The notes beneath the pieces are model-generated. The model did not search any database and was not told the DNA's origin. It saw only the letters and a program-made list of their open reading frames with translations. From Minisyncoccota bacterium (GTDB lineage Bacteria; Patescibacteriota; Minisyncoccia; Phycocordibacterales; JACRKE01): a stretch of DNA of 64,000 nt. This document shows, piece by piece, positions 1 to 8,674 of the stretch. Numbering within the stretch: position 1 is the stretch's first letter; each line of letters starts with the position of its first letter. The translations under genes were made by a program, and so were the position numbers. The DNA lies in assembly GCA_041660505.1 (NCBI GenBank), contig JBAZWG010000001.1, positions 23,758 to 87,757 of the forward strand, given 5' to 3'.

Positions 1-746
1 AACTCGACAATCATCACCTGGTCCGGGAATTTGAGCGCACCGAGAATCATTACGGCAATTGCTGATACGACGTACGTCTCGAAGAGGTCTGCGGCCATGC
101 CCGCATCATCGCCAACATTATCTCCTACGTTGTCGGCGATAACGGCGGGGTTACGGGGATCATCCTCTGGTATACCTGCCTCAACTTTACCTACGAGGTC
201 GGCACCGACATCAGCACCTTTGGTGAATATTCCGCCACCAAGTCTCGCGAATACCGAGATGAGCGATGCACCGAAGCCGAGCCCGACGAGTGCCTTGATG
301 TCACCTGTAATATAGTATAAAAGTGTAACTGAAAGGAGAGCTAGACCGACAACGAAGAATCCTGTGACCGCGCCGCCTTTGAAGGCAAGTGAGAACGCCT
401 GAGACAGACCCTTCTTCGCCTCCTCGGTCACACGCGAGTTTGTTTTAACCGCAACGGTCATACCTACATATCCCGCAAGCATTGATGCCAAGGCGCCAAC
501 AATGAATGCAACGGCGGTCACTTGACTAATGAACCACCAAAGCAGAATAGCGGTAATAGCACCGACGGCGAGTACGGTCGTGTTCTGGCGCTTGAGGTAA
601 GCTTTTGCTCCCTGCTCAATAGCCTGCTGGATAGAGACCATTTTCTCGTCGCCAGGCGACTTCTTCATTATTATAGAGATGAGTATCACCCCATAGACGA
701 TTGAGACGATTGACGCCCCGATTGCCATTACCACAATAGTAGACAT
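1..746 (-). CDS. hppA: K+/H+-translocating membrane pyrophosphatase (HppA), N-terminal part; 3' end runs off window start
   Basis: Reverse-strand translation from ATG (cat at 744-746) gives MSTIVVMAIGASIVSIVYGV...GGIFTKGADVGADLVGKVEAGIPEDDPRNPAVIADNVGDNVGD, the signature of membrane-bound H+-PPase. No stop before position 1, so it is not in the ORF track. Confidence 0.8.
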   Translation of the reverse strand, partial: MSTIVVMAIGASIVSIVYGVILISIIMKKSPGDEKMVSIQQAIEQGAKAYLKRQNTTVLAVGAITAILLWWFISQVTAVAFIVGALASMLAGYVGMTVAVKTNSRVTEEAKKGLSQAFSLAFKGGAVTGFFVVGLALLSVTLLYYITGDIKALVGLGFGASLISVFARLGGGIFTKGADVGADLVGKVEAGIPEDDPRNPAVIADNVGDNVGDDAGMAADLFETYVVSAIAVMILGALKFPDQVMIVE

Positions 747-799
747 GTATAAAAAGCTAGTTTTTAATAATACTGGCTTATAATAACGTTTCTTTAGAA

Positions 800-1828
800 T
801 TATGCAAGCGCCTTCACGCTATGCATTAGGAGTGTGGCGACATAACCCCACTCGTTGTCGTACCAAGAAAGCACTTTGACCAGGTCACCGTCTACGACTT
901 TTGTGAAGTTCAGATCTACAATTGCACCATACGGTTCACCGATAATGTCTGATGAGACAAGCTGTTCTGTCGTCGTCTTCATAATCCCATGCCAGCGTGG
1001 GTCGGCCTCGGCTTTCTTGAATATATTATTAACCTCATCGACTGTCGTTTGGCGCGAAGATATAAAAGTAATATCTGCAAGAGAACCGGTAATGACTGGC
1101 ACACGGAAGGCCAAGCCGTCAAACTTCTTTTCTAATGCGGGAATTGCGCGGGTAACGGCGATAGCGGCGCCGGTCGTTGACGGCACAATGTTGTGCCCGG
1201 CTGCACGACCTCTGCGATAGTCCGTGCCATCCCGTACCGGAGCGTCGTTCGTGCTCTGGGTGTTGGTAATACCGTGAACAGTGCTCAATATCGCTTTCTT
1301 AATACCCAACCCTTCTTGTAAAATCTGCATGACCGGCGAAGCGGAATTAGTGGTGCATGAAGCATTAGAGGATATTGCGCAGGTCTTTAACTTACCGTCA
1401 TTCACACCCATAAGCACGGTGGCACCGCCGCTTGTGCCCTCAGCATCCTTCGCCGGTGCAGTGATTATCGCGCGTTTGGCGCCGGCGTTGATATGTCCCT
1501 CTGCCTTCTCGAAGGATTCGAAAAATCCGGTAGACTCGATAGCGAGGTCAATCCCCAACTTGCCCCAAGGCAACATTGCCGGATCTTTCTCATTCAAAAA
1601 CTGGATAGTTTTACCGGCGATAGTAAAGGTGCGATTGGCTTCGTCTACTATAATGTCATGATGATATTTGCCATAGACAGAATCGTGCTTCAGTAAGTAA
1701 GCAAGATTAGCGACACTGCCAAGATCGTTAATAGCGATAATATCAAACTCCGGCCGGCCGAAAGCTTGGCGGAAGAACAGTCTCCCAATTCTCCCAAAAC
1801 CATTAATGGCAACTTTTTTCTTTGGCAT
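800..1828 (-). CDS. gap: Glyceraldehyde-3-phosphate dehydrogenase (type I)
   Basis: 342 aa with INGFGRIGR NAD-binding motif, active site SNASCTTN, C-terminal WYDNEWGY. Confidence 0.95.
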   Translation of the reverse strand: MPKKKVAINGFGRIGRLFFRQAFGRPEFDIIAINDLGSVANLAYLLKHDSVYGKYHHDIIVDEANRTFTIAGKTIQFLNEKDPAMLPWGKLGIDLAIESTGFFESFEKAEGHINAGAKRAIITAPAKDAEGTSGGATVLMGVNDGKLKTCAISSNASCTTNSASPVMQILQEGLGIKKAILSTVHGITNTQSTNDAPVRDGTDYRRGRAAGHNIVPSTTGAAIAVTRAIPALEKKFDGLAFRVPVITGSLADITFISSRQTTVDEVNNIFKKAEADPRWHGIMKTTTEQLVSSDIIGEPYGAIVDLNFTKVVDGDLVKVLSWYDNEWGYVATLLMHSVKALA

Positions 1829-1892
1829 AAATTTGCAAGTTAGTTACGTGTCATATATTGTATCAGTGACTAGAGTCAATTCCAAAAATATT

Positions 1893-2312
1893 ATGCACAG
1901 AGAACTGCAAGTCGGTGTTAAAATTCTGCTAAAAAACAAATCAGGAAGGTATCTGCTTATTCGCCGTAACCCGAAAAAGTATCCGGAAATCGGTCCAAAG
2001 TGGGACATTGTTGGTGGCAGGATCAAACCCGGGACAGGCTTAGTGCCAAATTTAAAAAGAGAGGTCAAAGAAGAAACCGGTTTGATTCTAAAATGCAAAC
2101 CCACGCTTGTTGCCGCGCAAGATATCTTGCGCATTCCGGAACGCCATGTTGTCAGACTTACCTATCAGGGTACAATCGTCGGCACACCAAAAATAGATTC
2201 AGAGAGCTTAGAATACAAATGGTTTACAAAAGAGGAGATATTCAAACTCTCGCAAAAAGAGATTGATATTTATTTCAAAGAACTAATTAGGCTCAAGCTT
2301 ATAGATTGGTAG
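1893..2312 (+). CDS. NUDIX hydrolase
   Basis: Nudix box GGRIKPGTGLVPNLKREVKEETGL (GX5EX7REVXEEXGU). Start moved to internal ATG 1893 because the ORF-track start 1806 overlaps gap. Confidence 0.8.
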   Translation: MHRELQVGVKILLKNKSGRYLLIRRNPKKYPEIGPKWDIVGGRIKPGTGLVPNLKREVKEETGLILKCKPTLVAAQDILRIPERHVVRLTYQGTIVGTPKIDSESLEYKWFTKEEIFKLSQKEIDIYFKELIRLKLIDW

Positions 2313-3096
2313 TCTTCAGCTCAGCGATTTCAGCTGGTCGTTTGCCGGTGAGAATCGGGGAGGTGTTTACGTCTATGAAGAAAATCTCGCCGGTAGGCTT
2401 GACGCAATATTCAGTATAAATCGGATTACTCTCCTTGGGCTTCAAATGAGGGAATATGTATTTAAGCGCACGTACAGCATATTCTTTGCCATCTTGAAGG
2501 TCTTGGCCTTCACCCCCAGTCCAATTAAAGTGCATATCGGGAGCGTCTGGATTGAACTCTGCTTCGAATTTCTGACAGTCCGTCACATTTAGGTAGTGCG
2601 GTCCTTTCCACGTTTCAATATTAGTTTTCCCGGACGGTGAGACAATGATAGTGCCTGCCATAATCGGCTCGCAGTATTCCTTAACCTCTACAGTCCATGA
2701 AGCGAATCCTCCTGGCAGTTCTTCACCGAATTTACAAATCTCATCAAGGCTTCCATCTATTAGTCTCCTCACTTCACCCATTTCCTTTGATTTGCAACGA
2801 ATGATGAAGTGTTCGTTTTTCTGTTCCAAAAGTTTTTCTTTGATGTCATCGATTGAATTAAACAAACCGTAATGACGCAACTGCGGCAGGCCAAATTTCC
2901 TCATCCCTTCCTCTTTATGATTATTCTGAAATATAAAATCGTCGTATACCTCTTGACTGATCCGGCCAGCTTCAAACAGGCTCTTCGCCCAAAAATCCAA
3001 ACCCTGTTTTTCCTTAGTTCGCTCCTTTATGTTTACGTTTGTTTTCTGTTCACTCGATGTTAAATTGACCTCCCCAAATTGTTTTATTTCTTCCAT
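2299..3096 (-). CDS. Hypothetical protein, possible ATP-grasp-like C-terminal region
   Basis: 265-aa ORF with protein-like composition. C-terminal GEIFFIDVNTSPIL resembles the ATP-grasp (E/D)xN motif region. No firm family assignment. Confidence 0.45.
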   Translation of the reverse strand: MEEIKQFGEVNLTSSEQKTNVNIKERTKEKQGLDFWAKSLFEAGRISQEVYDDFIFQNNHKEEGMRKFGLPQLRHYGLFNSIDDIKEKLLEQKNEHFIIRCKSKEMGEVRRLIDGSLDEICKFGEELPGGFASWTVEVKEYCEPIMAGTIIVSPSGKTNIETWKGPHYLNVTDCQKFEAEFNPDAPDMHFNWTGGEGQDLQDGKEYAVRALKYIFPHLKPKESNPIYTEYCVKPTGEIFFIDVNTSPILTGKRPAEIAELKTTNL

Positions 3097-3444
3097 CTTT
3101 CGATTATATCATAATAATCCATAGCCCGTATTTGACGCAAAATTTTGGGTGTGGTACTATGACGCCTTGTTTTTGTACGCACCCGAGACACAATACTGCT
3201 TTGCAGCGGAGGATTTATGTGGAGAATTGTTAGAGATGATTCGCGGCCGATACCCGCATCCCCAATCGAATTCTTCACTGAATTCATGAGGGACGATCCG
3301 GTTGCCGGCTGGGCGCTGGTTTTGAGCGCTGTCGCGCTCGCGATCAGTATCGCCGGCCAGTTTGCCGGCGTGGTTCATCCCTAGCCGCGTCCTCTCGGGC
3401 GCCCAATTCGACGGGAGCACAACACTCCCGTCGTACACAAAGGA

Positions 3445-3478
3445 CATGTCGTTATCCGCGACGTGTTTTTTGTTTTTT
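3445..3478 (+). terminator. Rho-independent terminator closing a GC-rich island
   Basis: Stem catgtcg/cgacgtg followed by ttttttgttttttt. Confidence 0.6.
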
Positions 3479-3549
3479 TGGACCTATCGGGAGTCGAACC
3501 CGAACTCCATCCATGCCATGGATGTGTGATACCGCTTCACCATAGGCCC
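3479..3549 (-). tRNA. tRNA-Ala (anticodon GGC)
   Basis: Reverse complement folds as a 71-nt cloverleaf: acceptor GGGCCTA/TAGGTCC with G3:U70 Ala identity pair, anticodon loop ATGGCAT, T-loop TTCGACT. CCA not encoded. Confidence 0.85.
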
Positions 3550-3612
3550 GTCAACGTTTTGTAAGTATAACAAAATTATGCTTAAATATCTAGACACGCG
3601 CAATAATATTGC

Positions 3613-3686
3613 GCACCCTTAGCTCAGTTGGTTAGAGCGCACGATTCACATTCGTGAGGTCTCAGGTTCGAACCCTGAAGGGTGCA
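3613..3686 (+). tRNA. tRNA-Val (anticodon CAC)
   Basis: 74-nt cloverleaf: acceptor GCACCCT/AGGGTGC, D-loop AGTTGGTTA, anticodon loop TTCACAT, T-loop TTCGAAC. Confidence 0.9.
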
Positions 3687-3791
3687 CACTCGGTGTGCGG
3701 CCTAACCTCGCAACTGCTTGCGAGGTGGCAGGGCGAGAAAGACTTTTCAATATCGCTAAGCAATCTGAAAAGTACCCGCGACGGTAGTCGA

Positions 3792-3810
3792 GAACCCTGA
3801 AGGGTGCACA
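3792..3810 (+). repeat. 19-bp direct duplicate of tRNA-Val 3' end (gaaccctgaagggtgcaca)
   Basis: Exact copy of 3670-3688 (T-arm/acceptor 3' half) about 120 bp downstream. att-like scar. Confidence 0.7.
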
Positions 3811-3840
3811 GTCGCTCCATAAAAATACGAACTAACTCTT

Positions 3841-4389
3841 TTGACGGAGCATCTGATACGTGATATTATACATTTCGACTTCTTGTTCCTTACCAAGCTT
3901 ACTGTAGGAGGAAAGCCGATGCCCGGTCACATGTCTAATTCTGAAGAGTTACTACCACTCCTCCCTATGCCGGCTGATAACGAGGTGTTCGAATTGACGC
4001 TCGACGGCGACCTCGCCACCAATCAGCCTAGCGCCATGATCGCCGAGTTCGTCAGTGGGCATGGGGAGTTCGAGTACAGAGGGCGACTTATCGTTGGCAT
4101 AGAGACGCGCCGCTTCAGGTGGGTATCTATTGGCAGGCAGTTTGGCCTCGCCACAGTGAAGCGAGCACTGGCGGGGCAGAAAGTTCCTGAATGCCAATGG
4201 CTGAACGCCGTCGTGGCAAAGTACGAGATAACTCCGCACCTGCGAGGTATAGCCAACGCCTCGTGGGTCTCGCCCGACTTCCACGCCAACCTGTTCCCGT
4301 ACATAAATTCAGGCGGGAACATCAGCCTCGAGTTTCCTGGTGTCCATATGGGCGGGTATTGGCGGTGGCTGGTCGAAATGGAGGAATGA
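3841..4389 (+). CDS. Hypothetical protein, GC-rich, adjacent to tRNA-Val duplication
   Basis: 182-aa ORF (true start may be internal M at 3919/3931). GC content clearly above flanks. Followed by hairpin plus T-rich terminator. Confidence 0.5.
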   Translation: MTEHLIRDIIHFDFLFLTKLTVGGKPMPGHMSNSEELLPLLPMPADNEVFELTLDGDLATNQPSAMIAEFVSGHGEFEYRGRLIVGIETRRFRWVSIGRQFGLATVKRALAGQKVPECQWLNAVVAKYEITPHLRGIANASWVSPDFHANLFPYINSGGNISLEFPGVHMGGYWRWLVEMEE

Positions 4390-4416
4390 CCACCTGATTC
4401 TGGTCCTTGGTGTTGC

Positions 4417-4456
4417 CCCGCGTAGTCAGTTTGATACGCGGGGCTTCTGTTTATGG
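4417..4456 (+). terminator. Intrinsic terminator
   Basis: ccccgcgta...tacgcgggg stem followed by cttctgtttatggttt. Confidence 0.55.
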
Positions 4457-4490
4457 TTTCGCAAGTGCTATAATAAGAACTACAATTTTT

Positions 4491-5090
4491 ATGTTCAACA
4501 TTCCTAAACTTATCGCCGCTATCGGATACTTCGGTATCGGCGGGATTATCTTCGCCGAGTCGGGACTATTCTTCGGGTTCTTCTTGCCCGGTGACAGCCT
4601 GCTCTTTACCGCCGGATTCTTGGCCTCGCAGAACTTACTGAACATTTGGGCTCTCTTAATACTAACGTTCGTCTGTGCAGTACTTGGCGATCAGGTCGGA
4701 TACTGGTTTGGCCGAAAGGCGGGGCCGAAGATATTTACAAAAGAAGAGTCTATCTTCTTTCATAAAGACCACATTACGCGCACGCAAGACTACTTTGCTA
4801 TCCACGGCAAGAAGACAATAATCCTCGCTCGCTTCATCCCCATAATCCGCACATTCGCACCGATAATGGCAGGGGTCGGCAATATGGAATATTCGACATT
4901 TCTCTCATACAATATTATTGGTGGATTCGGTTGGACATTCGGCCTCACCCTCGCTGGGTACTTCCTTGGTAGTGTTATCCCGGACGTGGATAAATATCTA
5001 CTGCCGATAATCACTGTCATTATTATATTATCGGTATTACCAGCAATTAAGCACTTCATCGTTGATGGCAGAAGAACGAAAGAAAAATAA
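4491..5090 (+). CDS. DedA/VTT-domain (SNARE-associated) membrane protein
   Basis: GLFFGFFLPGDSLLFTAGFLA motif and multiple TM helices. Start set to MFNIPKL ATG at 4491. Confidence 0.85.
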   Translation: MFNIPKLIAAIGYFGIGGIIFAESGLFFGFFLPGDSLLFTAGFLASQNLLNIWALLILTFVCAVLGDQVGYWFGRKAGPKIFTKEESIFFHKDHITRTQDYFAIHGKKTIILARFIPIIRTFAPIMAGVGNMEYSTFLSYNIIGGFGWTFGLTLAGYFLGSVIPDVDKYLLPIITVIIILSVLPAIKHFIVDGRRTKEK

Positions 5091-5136
5091 GAACCTCCTG
5101 ATTTCTCAAGGGGTTCTTATTTTCTAGAAGACTGTC

Positions 5137-5568
5137 TTATTGAGAGACTGTGGTTGTGGTCACAGGAGGAATAACTACTGTACCATTCTTCGCGGCGGCA
5201 AGAGCGGCATCAGCAGCCTTCTTCTCGGCGGCAAATGTTTCATTCGCCAACTGTATGGCAGCCTTGCGCTTCTCGTTCGCTGCCTTGATGGCGGCTACAT
5301 GAACTTTTACCGCAGCCGTTATCGCTGACTTCTTTCCCTCGCGCTCGGCTTTAGCCTTATCTTGTAGCGCCTTTCTTTCCGTCTTTGCTTTTTCCAGAGC
5401 GGCCTTTTTATCTTCTCTCGCTTTCTCTGCTATCGCCTTTGCTTCTTGGCGCTTCGCTTCAATCTGTGCTTTAACGCTTCCAGCGTCCGGTGCGGCCGTT
5501 GTCTGAGCCAATACCGGTGCCGCCATAAGCATCAAACCTACTATCGCTAACTTCGATACATTTTTCAT
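5137..5568 (-). CDS. Secreted Lys/Ala-rich coiled-coil protein (hypothetical)
   Basis: Signal-peptide-like N-terminus MKNVSKLAIVGLMLMAAPVLA followed by a KAxAExxK low-complexity repeat region. Confidence 0.55.
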   Translation of the reverse strand: MKNVSKLAIVGLMLMAAPVLAQTTAAPDAGSVKAQIEAKRQEAKAIAEKAREDKKAALEKAKTERKALQDKAKAEREGKKSAITAAVKVHVAAIKAANEKRKAAIQLANETFAAEKKAADAALAAAKNGTVVIPPVTTTTVSQ

Positions 5569-5692
5569 AAAAAAATAATTACTTGTAATACTTTAAGTAT
5601 AGCACACTTCAAATAAAGTTTTCCACTTACAAAGTTTCTGCTACCTGTTATAATTATAAAGGGCATTAGTAATAAATTAGTAATAAATTTTT

Positions 5693-5929
5693 ATGATGAA
5701 CTATTCGAATTTTGGAACTATGGGATTCGGTTGGGTCGTGAGCCTAATTGGCACACTCTGGATTATACTTTTAATAGCAGCGATGATCGCCCTGATTAAA
5801 TATCTTATGGGCGAGATTTCCGACACCAACCGCAAGCACCGTTCACCGATGGAAATGGTCAAGGAGCGTTATGCCAAGGGCGACATCGACAAGAAGGAAT
5901 TCGACACCTTGCGCAAAGACCTGAAATAA
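5693..5929 (+). CDS. SHOCT-domain small membrane protein
   Basis: One TM helix then ERYAKGDIDKKEFDTLRKDL, typical of the SHOCT short C-terminal domain. Confidence 0.7.
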   Translation: MMNYSNFGTMGFGWVVSLIGTLWIILLIAAMIALIKYLMGEISDTNRKHRSPMEMVKERYAKGDIDKKEFDTLRKDLK

Positions 5930-5943
5930 AACATACTTGTCTT

Positions 5944-6714
5944 ATGGACAAGAAGGATACAAGCTGGGAGAATGTGGCTGTCTGGTACGACAGCCACTTG
6001 CATTCATCAGACACTTATCAGGAGCAGGTTATTTTACCTAAACTTACGGAGCTACTAATGCTTGCACCGGATGACACTTTGCTTGATTTAGCTTGCGGTC
6101 AGGGTTATTTTTCTCACGCGCTACTCCCCTTTGTCGGACACGTTATCGGTGTAGATATGTCAGAGTCATTAATAGATTTTGCGCGCAAAGCTACACAGAT
6201 CAAGGATCTCGAACGCATAGAATTCCATGTGAGCGAATCGCACAAGCTTGCCATGCTTGCCGACGCGAGCGTGGATAAAATTATCATAGTACTTGCTCTG
6301 CAAAATATCAGGGAGCTGGAAACGACGTTGCAAGAATGCGCCCGCGTTCTTAGGCCGTCCGGTAGTCTGCACATCGTCCTTAATCATCCTATGTTCAGAA
6401 TTCCCAAATACAGCGACTGGCGCTACGACACAGCCAAGAAGGCGCAAGTACGCGAGGTGTGGCGTTATTATTCTGAATTCAGCTCGTCTATTATTATGAA
6501 CCCCGGAGCGAAGAAGGATAAACAAACGACGGTATCGTTTCATCGACCGCTTGCATCATTTATAAAAGCCGGAGCAAAGGCGGGATTCTTGTTGTCGAAT
6601 CTGGAAGAATGGGCTTCTAATAAAGAGAGTGAACCGGGTCCGAAAGCCCAACTCGAGAACATTGCCCGCAAGGAGATACCGCTCTTTATGTATTTGCAAT
6701 TACAGAAGAAATAA
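5944..6714 (+). CDS. Class I SAM-dependent methyltransferase
   Basis: Motif I LLDLACGQGYFS and post-I acidic residue GVDMS. No DPPY/NPPY DNA-methyltransferase motif seen. Confidence 0.85.
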   Translation: MDKKDTSWENVAVWYDSHLHSSDTYQEQVILPKLTELLMLAPDDTLLDLACGQGYFSHALLPFVGHVIGVDMSESLIDFARKATQIKDLERIEFHVSESHKLAMLADASVDKIIIVLALQNIRELETTLQECARVLRPSGSLHIVLNHPMFRIPKYSDWRYDTAKKAQVREVWRYYSEFSSSIIMNPGAKKDKQTTVSFHRPLASFIKAGAKAGFLLSNLEEWASNKESEPGPKAQLENIARKEIPLFMYLQLQKK

Positions 6715-6716
6715 TC

Positions 6717-7475
6717 ATGTCTAAATACTATTCAGGCAAACGCAGTAGAAATATTTATGAATCCGACTCGAAGACACCGTTCCGTTTGAGCCGTTCTAAA
6801 ATAGATTTATTTTTAAACTGTAAGCGCTGTTTCTATCTAGACAGAAAGCTTGGCGTTGGTCAACCGCCCGGATACCCTTTCAGTCTTAACTCTGCCGTTG
6901 ATACTTTATTAAAAAAAGAATTTGATATTCACCGTGCCGCACATACGCCACATCCGATGATGTCGGCTTACGGCTTGGATGCTATTCCATTTCATCATGA
7001 GAAGATGGATGAGTGGCGCGACGCGCTACGCGGAGGCATTACATATACTGATCCGGAAACTAACTTCTATGTCACAGGCGGAGTTGATGATGTCTGGCGT
7101 CATGCACCGGAAGGCCAGCTCATAATAGTAGACTATAAGGCCACGTCTAAGACGTCTGAAGTATCGTTGGATGCCGACTGGCAGATCGGTTACAAACGCC
7201 AAATGGAAGTGTACCAATGGCTCTTCCGTATGAACGGCTTCGATGTATCCGAAACAGGCTACTTCGTCTACTGCAACGGCGATACCGACAAAGAAGCCTT
7301 CGACGGTAAACTTGAGTTCAATATCAAGCTCATTCCATATAAAGGCGACCCGAGCTGGATACCTCAAACGCTCAAAGATATCAAATCGTGTCTCGAATCC
7401 GCAGATTTGCCAGATTCGAGTCCTGATTGCGACTATTGTCTATATAGAAAGCTAACTAAAGAATATGAAAGGTAA
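6717..7475 (+). CDS. PD-(D/E)XK nuclease, RecB/Cas4-like with Cys pairs
   Basis: GGVDDVW ... IIVDYKATSK ... RQMEVYQWL (D / DxK / QxxxY motifs of RecB-family nucleases). N-terminal CKRC and C-terminal CDYC. Start 3 nt after the methyltransferase stop. Confidence 0.7.
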   Translation: MSKYYSGKRSRNIYESDSKTPFRLSRSKIDLFLNCKRCFYLDRKLGVGQPPGYPFSLNSAVDTLLKKEFDIHRAAHTPHPMMSAYGLDAIPFHHEKMDEWRDALRGGITYTDPETNFYVTGGVDDVWRHAPEGQLIIVDYKATSKTSEVSLDADWQIGYKRQMEVYQWLFRMNGFDVSETGYFVYCNGDTDKEAFDGKLEFNIKLIPYKGDPSWIPQTLKDIKSCLESADLPDSSPDCDYCLYRKLTKEYER

Positions 7476-7617
7476 TACGTATACCAAAGCAGGTAAAAAA
7501 CAAGGCCGGCCGGCATTCCGCACCGCGTCAGTCTATCGCAATAACAAAGGCGTGAAGACTCGCGCGATAAAAGCCTCGTTCAACGGCTTCAGCGGGAATC
7601 AAAAATTTCCAAAATAA
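7465..7617 (+). CDS. Possible small basic protein (50 aa), unannotated
   Basis: MKGNTYTKAGKKQGRPAFRTASVYRNNKGVKTRAIKASFNGFSGNQKFPK. Overlaps the end of the nuclease gene in another frame. Below the ORF-track size cutoff. Confidence 0.2.
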   Translation: MKGNTYTKAGKKQGRPAFRTASVYRNNKGVKTRAIKASFNGFSGNQKFPK

Positions 7618-7622
7618 CCTTC

Positions 7623-7653
7623 AAATAGAGAGTTGAACTCTCTGAAATTAAGG
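7623..7653. repeat. REP-like palindrome family 1, copy 1 (core agagagttgaactctct)
   Basis: Perfect 8-1-8 palindrome with conserved trailing aaattaagg. One of 4 copies in the window. Confidence 0.85.
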
Positions 7654-7669
7654 ATAAAATAACTATTAC

Positions 7670-7960
7670 ATGAGCATACTATTGATTGTAGGAATAATTA
7701 TAAATACAATGGCTTTTGGAGTAATGGGGTTTCGTAATCAGAAACTAGGCATAAAAGTACCAAAAATATTGCTAAGAGAAATATTTAATATTCCAATTAC
7801 TGTTATTTACTATTTGAGTTTTGTAGTGATTTTACTTTCTCCTGATAGTTGGCTACAAAAAATAATAATAGCTTTATCAATGCAATTTTTGATTAACCAC
7901 ATTATCTGGGGATCTATAACTGGTATTGTTGCGGGTATAATAGTACGAAGGAATAAATAA
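7670..7960 (+). CDS. Small membrane protein (hypothetical) between REP copies
   Basis: 96 aa with 3 predicted TM segments. AT-rich. Bracketed by REP copies 1 and 2. Confidence 0.45.
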   Translation: MSILLIVGIIINTMAFGVMGFRNQKLGIKVPKILLREIFNIPITVIYYLSFVVILLSPDSWLQKIIIALSMQFLINHIIWGSITGIVAGIIVRRNK

Positions 7961-7985
7961 TAAGTAGTAATTCAGACTTTTCCAC

Positions 7986-8016
7986 AACTAGAGAGTTCAA
8001 CTCTCTATAATAAGGC
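7986..8016. repeat. REP-like palindrome family 1, copy 2 (centre base flipped: agagagttcaactctct)
   Basis: Same element with trailing ataataagg, 32 bp upstream of the transposase start. Confidence 0.85.
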
Positions 8017-8037
8017 TTTTTGTGATAAACTGATTTT

Positions 8038-8664
8038 ATGGACAGGGCACCAATTGAAGAAGACACATTTCATCATGTTTATAACCGTGGCGTTGATAAG
8101 CGAACGATCTTCGAAGACGACGCAGACCATCGAAGATTTATCCTATACCTGAATGTCTTGAATGACACACAGATTGAGAGCCCAAACACCTTTGAGGCGC
8201 TCGAGCGACGACATAAAGATTCACCACTTGGCGAGCGGTTGGTGAATATTTGCGCATTCTGTCTTATGCCTAACCATTTTCATCTATTGCTACACGAGCG
8301 TACACCTGGAGGAATAAGCAAATTTATGCAAAGACTGGGGACAGCATACACACTATATTTCAATGAGAAACATAAACGGAGCGGTGCATTGTTCCAGGGC
8401 AGATACAAAAACCGAATTATTGACGACGAGGAGTACTTGCTCCATGTCATTGATTATATACATTGCAATCCTAATTCAATCGCCGGAGTCGAGGAATATT
8501 TATGGTCCAGCTACCATGATTTTTGCGGAAGCAAAAAGTTTAAACAATTACTGGGAACAGATGTATTATCCGAGTTTACCGAAATTCCAAAGAACTATGC
8601 TTCTTGGTTAAGGTCGCGAGGCAATTTTTCTGAAATAAAGCATATTACGATCGATGAAAGCTAA
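8038..8664 (+). CDS. IS200-like / REP-associated tyrosine transposase (Y1 HUH, RAYT), copy 1
   Basis: HHVYNRG ... NHFHLLLH (HuH) ... GRYKNRIIDDEEYLLHVIDYIHCNP (catalytic Tyr region), about 208 aa. Confidence 0.85.
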   Translation: MDRAPIEEDTFHHVYNRGVDKRTIFEDDADHRRFILYLNVLNDTQIESPNTFEALERRHKDSPLGERLVNICAFCLMPNHFHLLLHERTPGGISKFMQRLGTAYTLYFNEKHKRSGALFQGRYKNRIIDDEEYLLHVIDYIHCNPNSIAGVEEYLWSSYHDFCGSKKFKQLLGTDVLSEFTEIPKNYASWLRSRGNFSEIKHITIDES

Positions 8665-8674
8665 AATATCCTTT

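Noticed and set aside
31-315. Plus-strand 94-aa ORF (Ser/Pro/Ala-rich)
   Set aside because: Lies antisense inside the clearly coding hppA reading frame on the minus strand. Low-complexity shadow ORF.
3385-3420. tmRNA-like 5' motif attcgacggg in the GC-rich island
   Set aside because: No GGGG acceptor start, no T-arm/acceptor 3' partner and no CCA end within a plausible distance. Similarity limited to about 10 nt.
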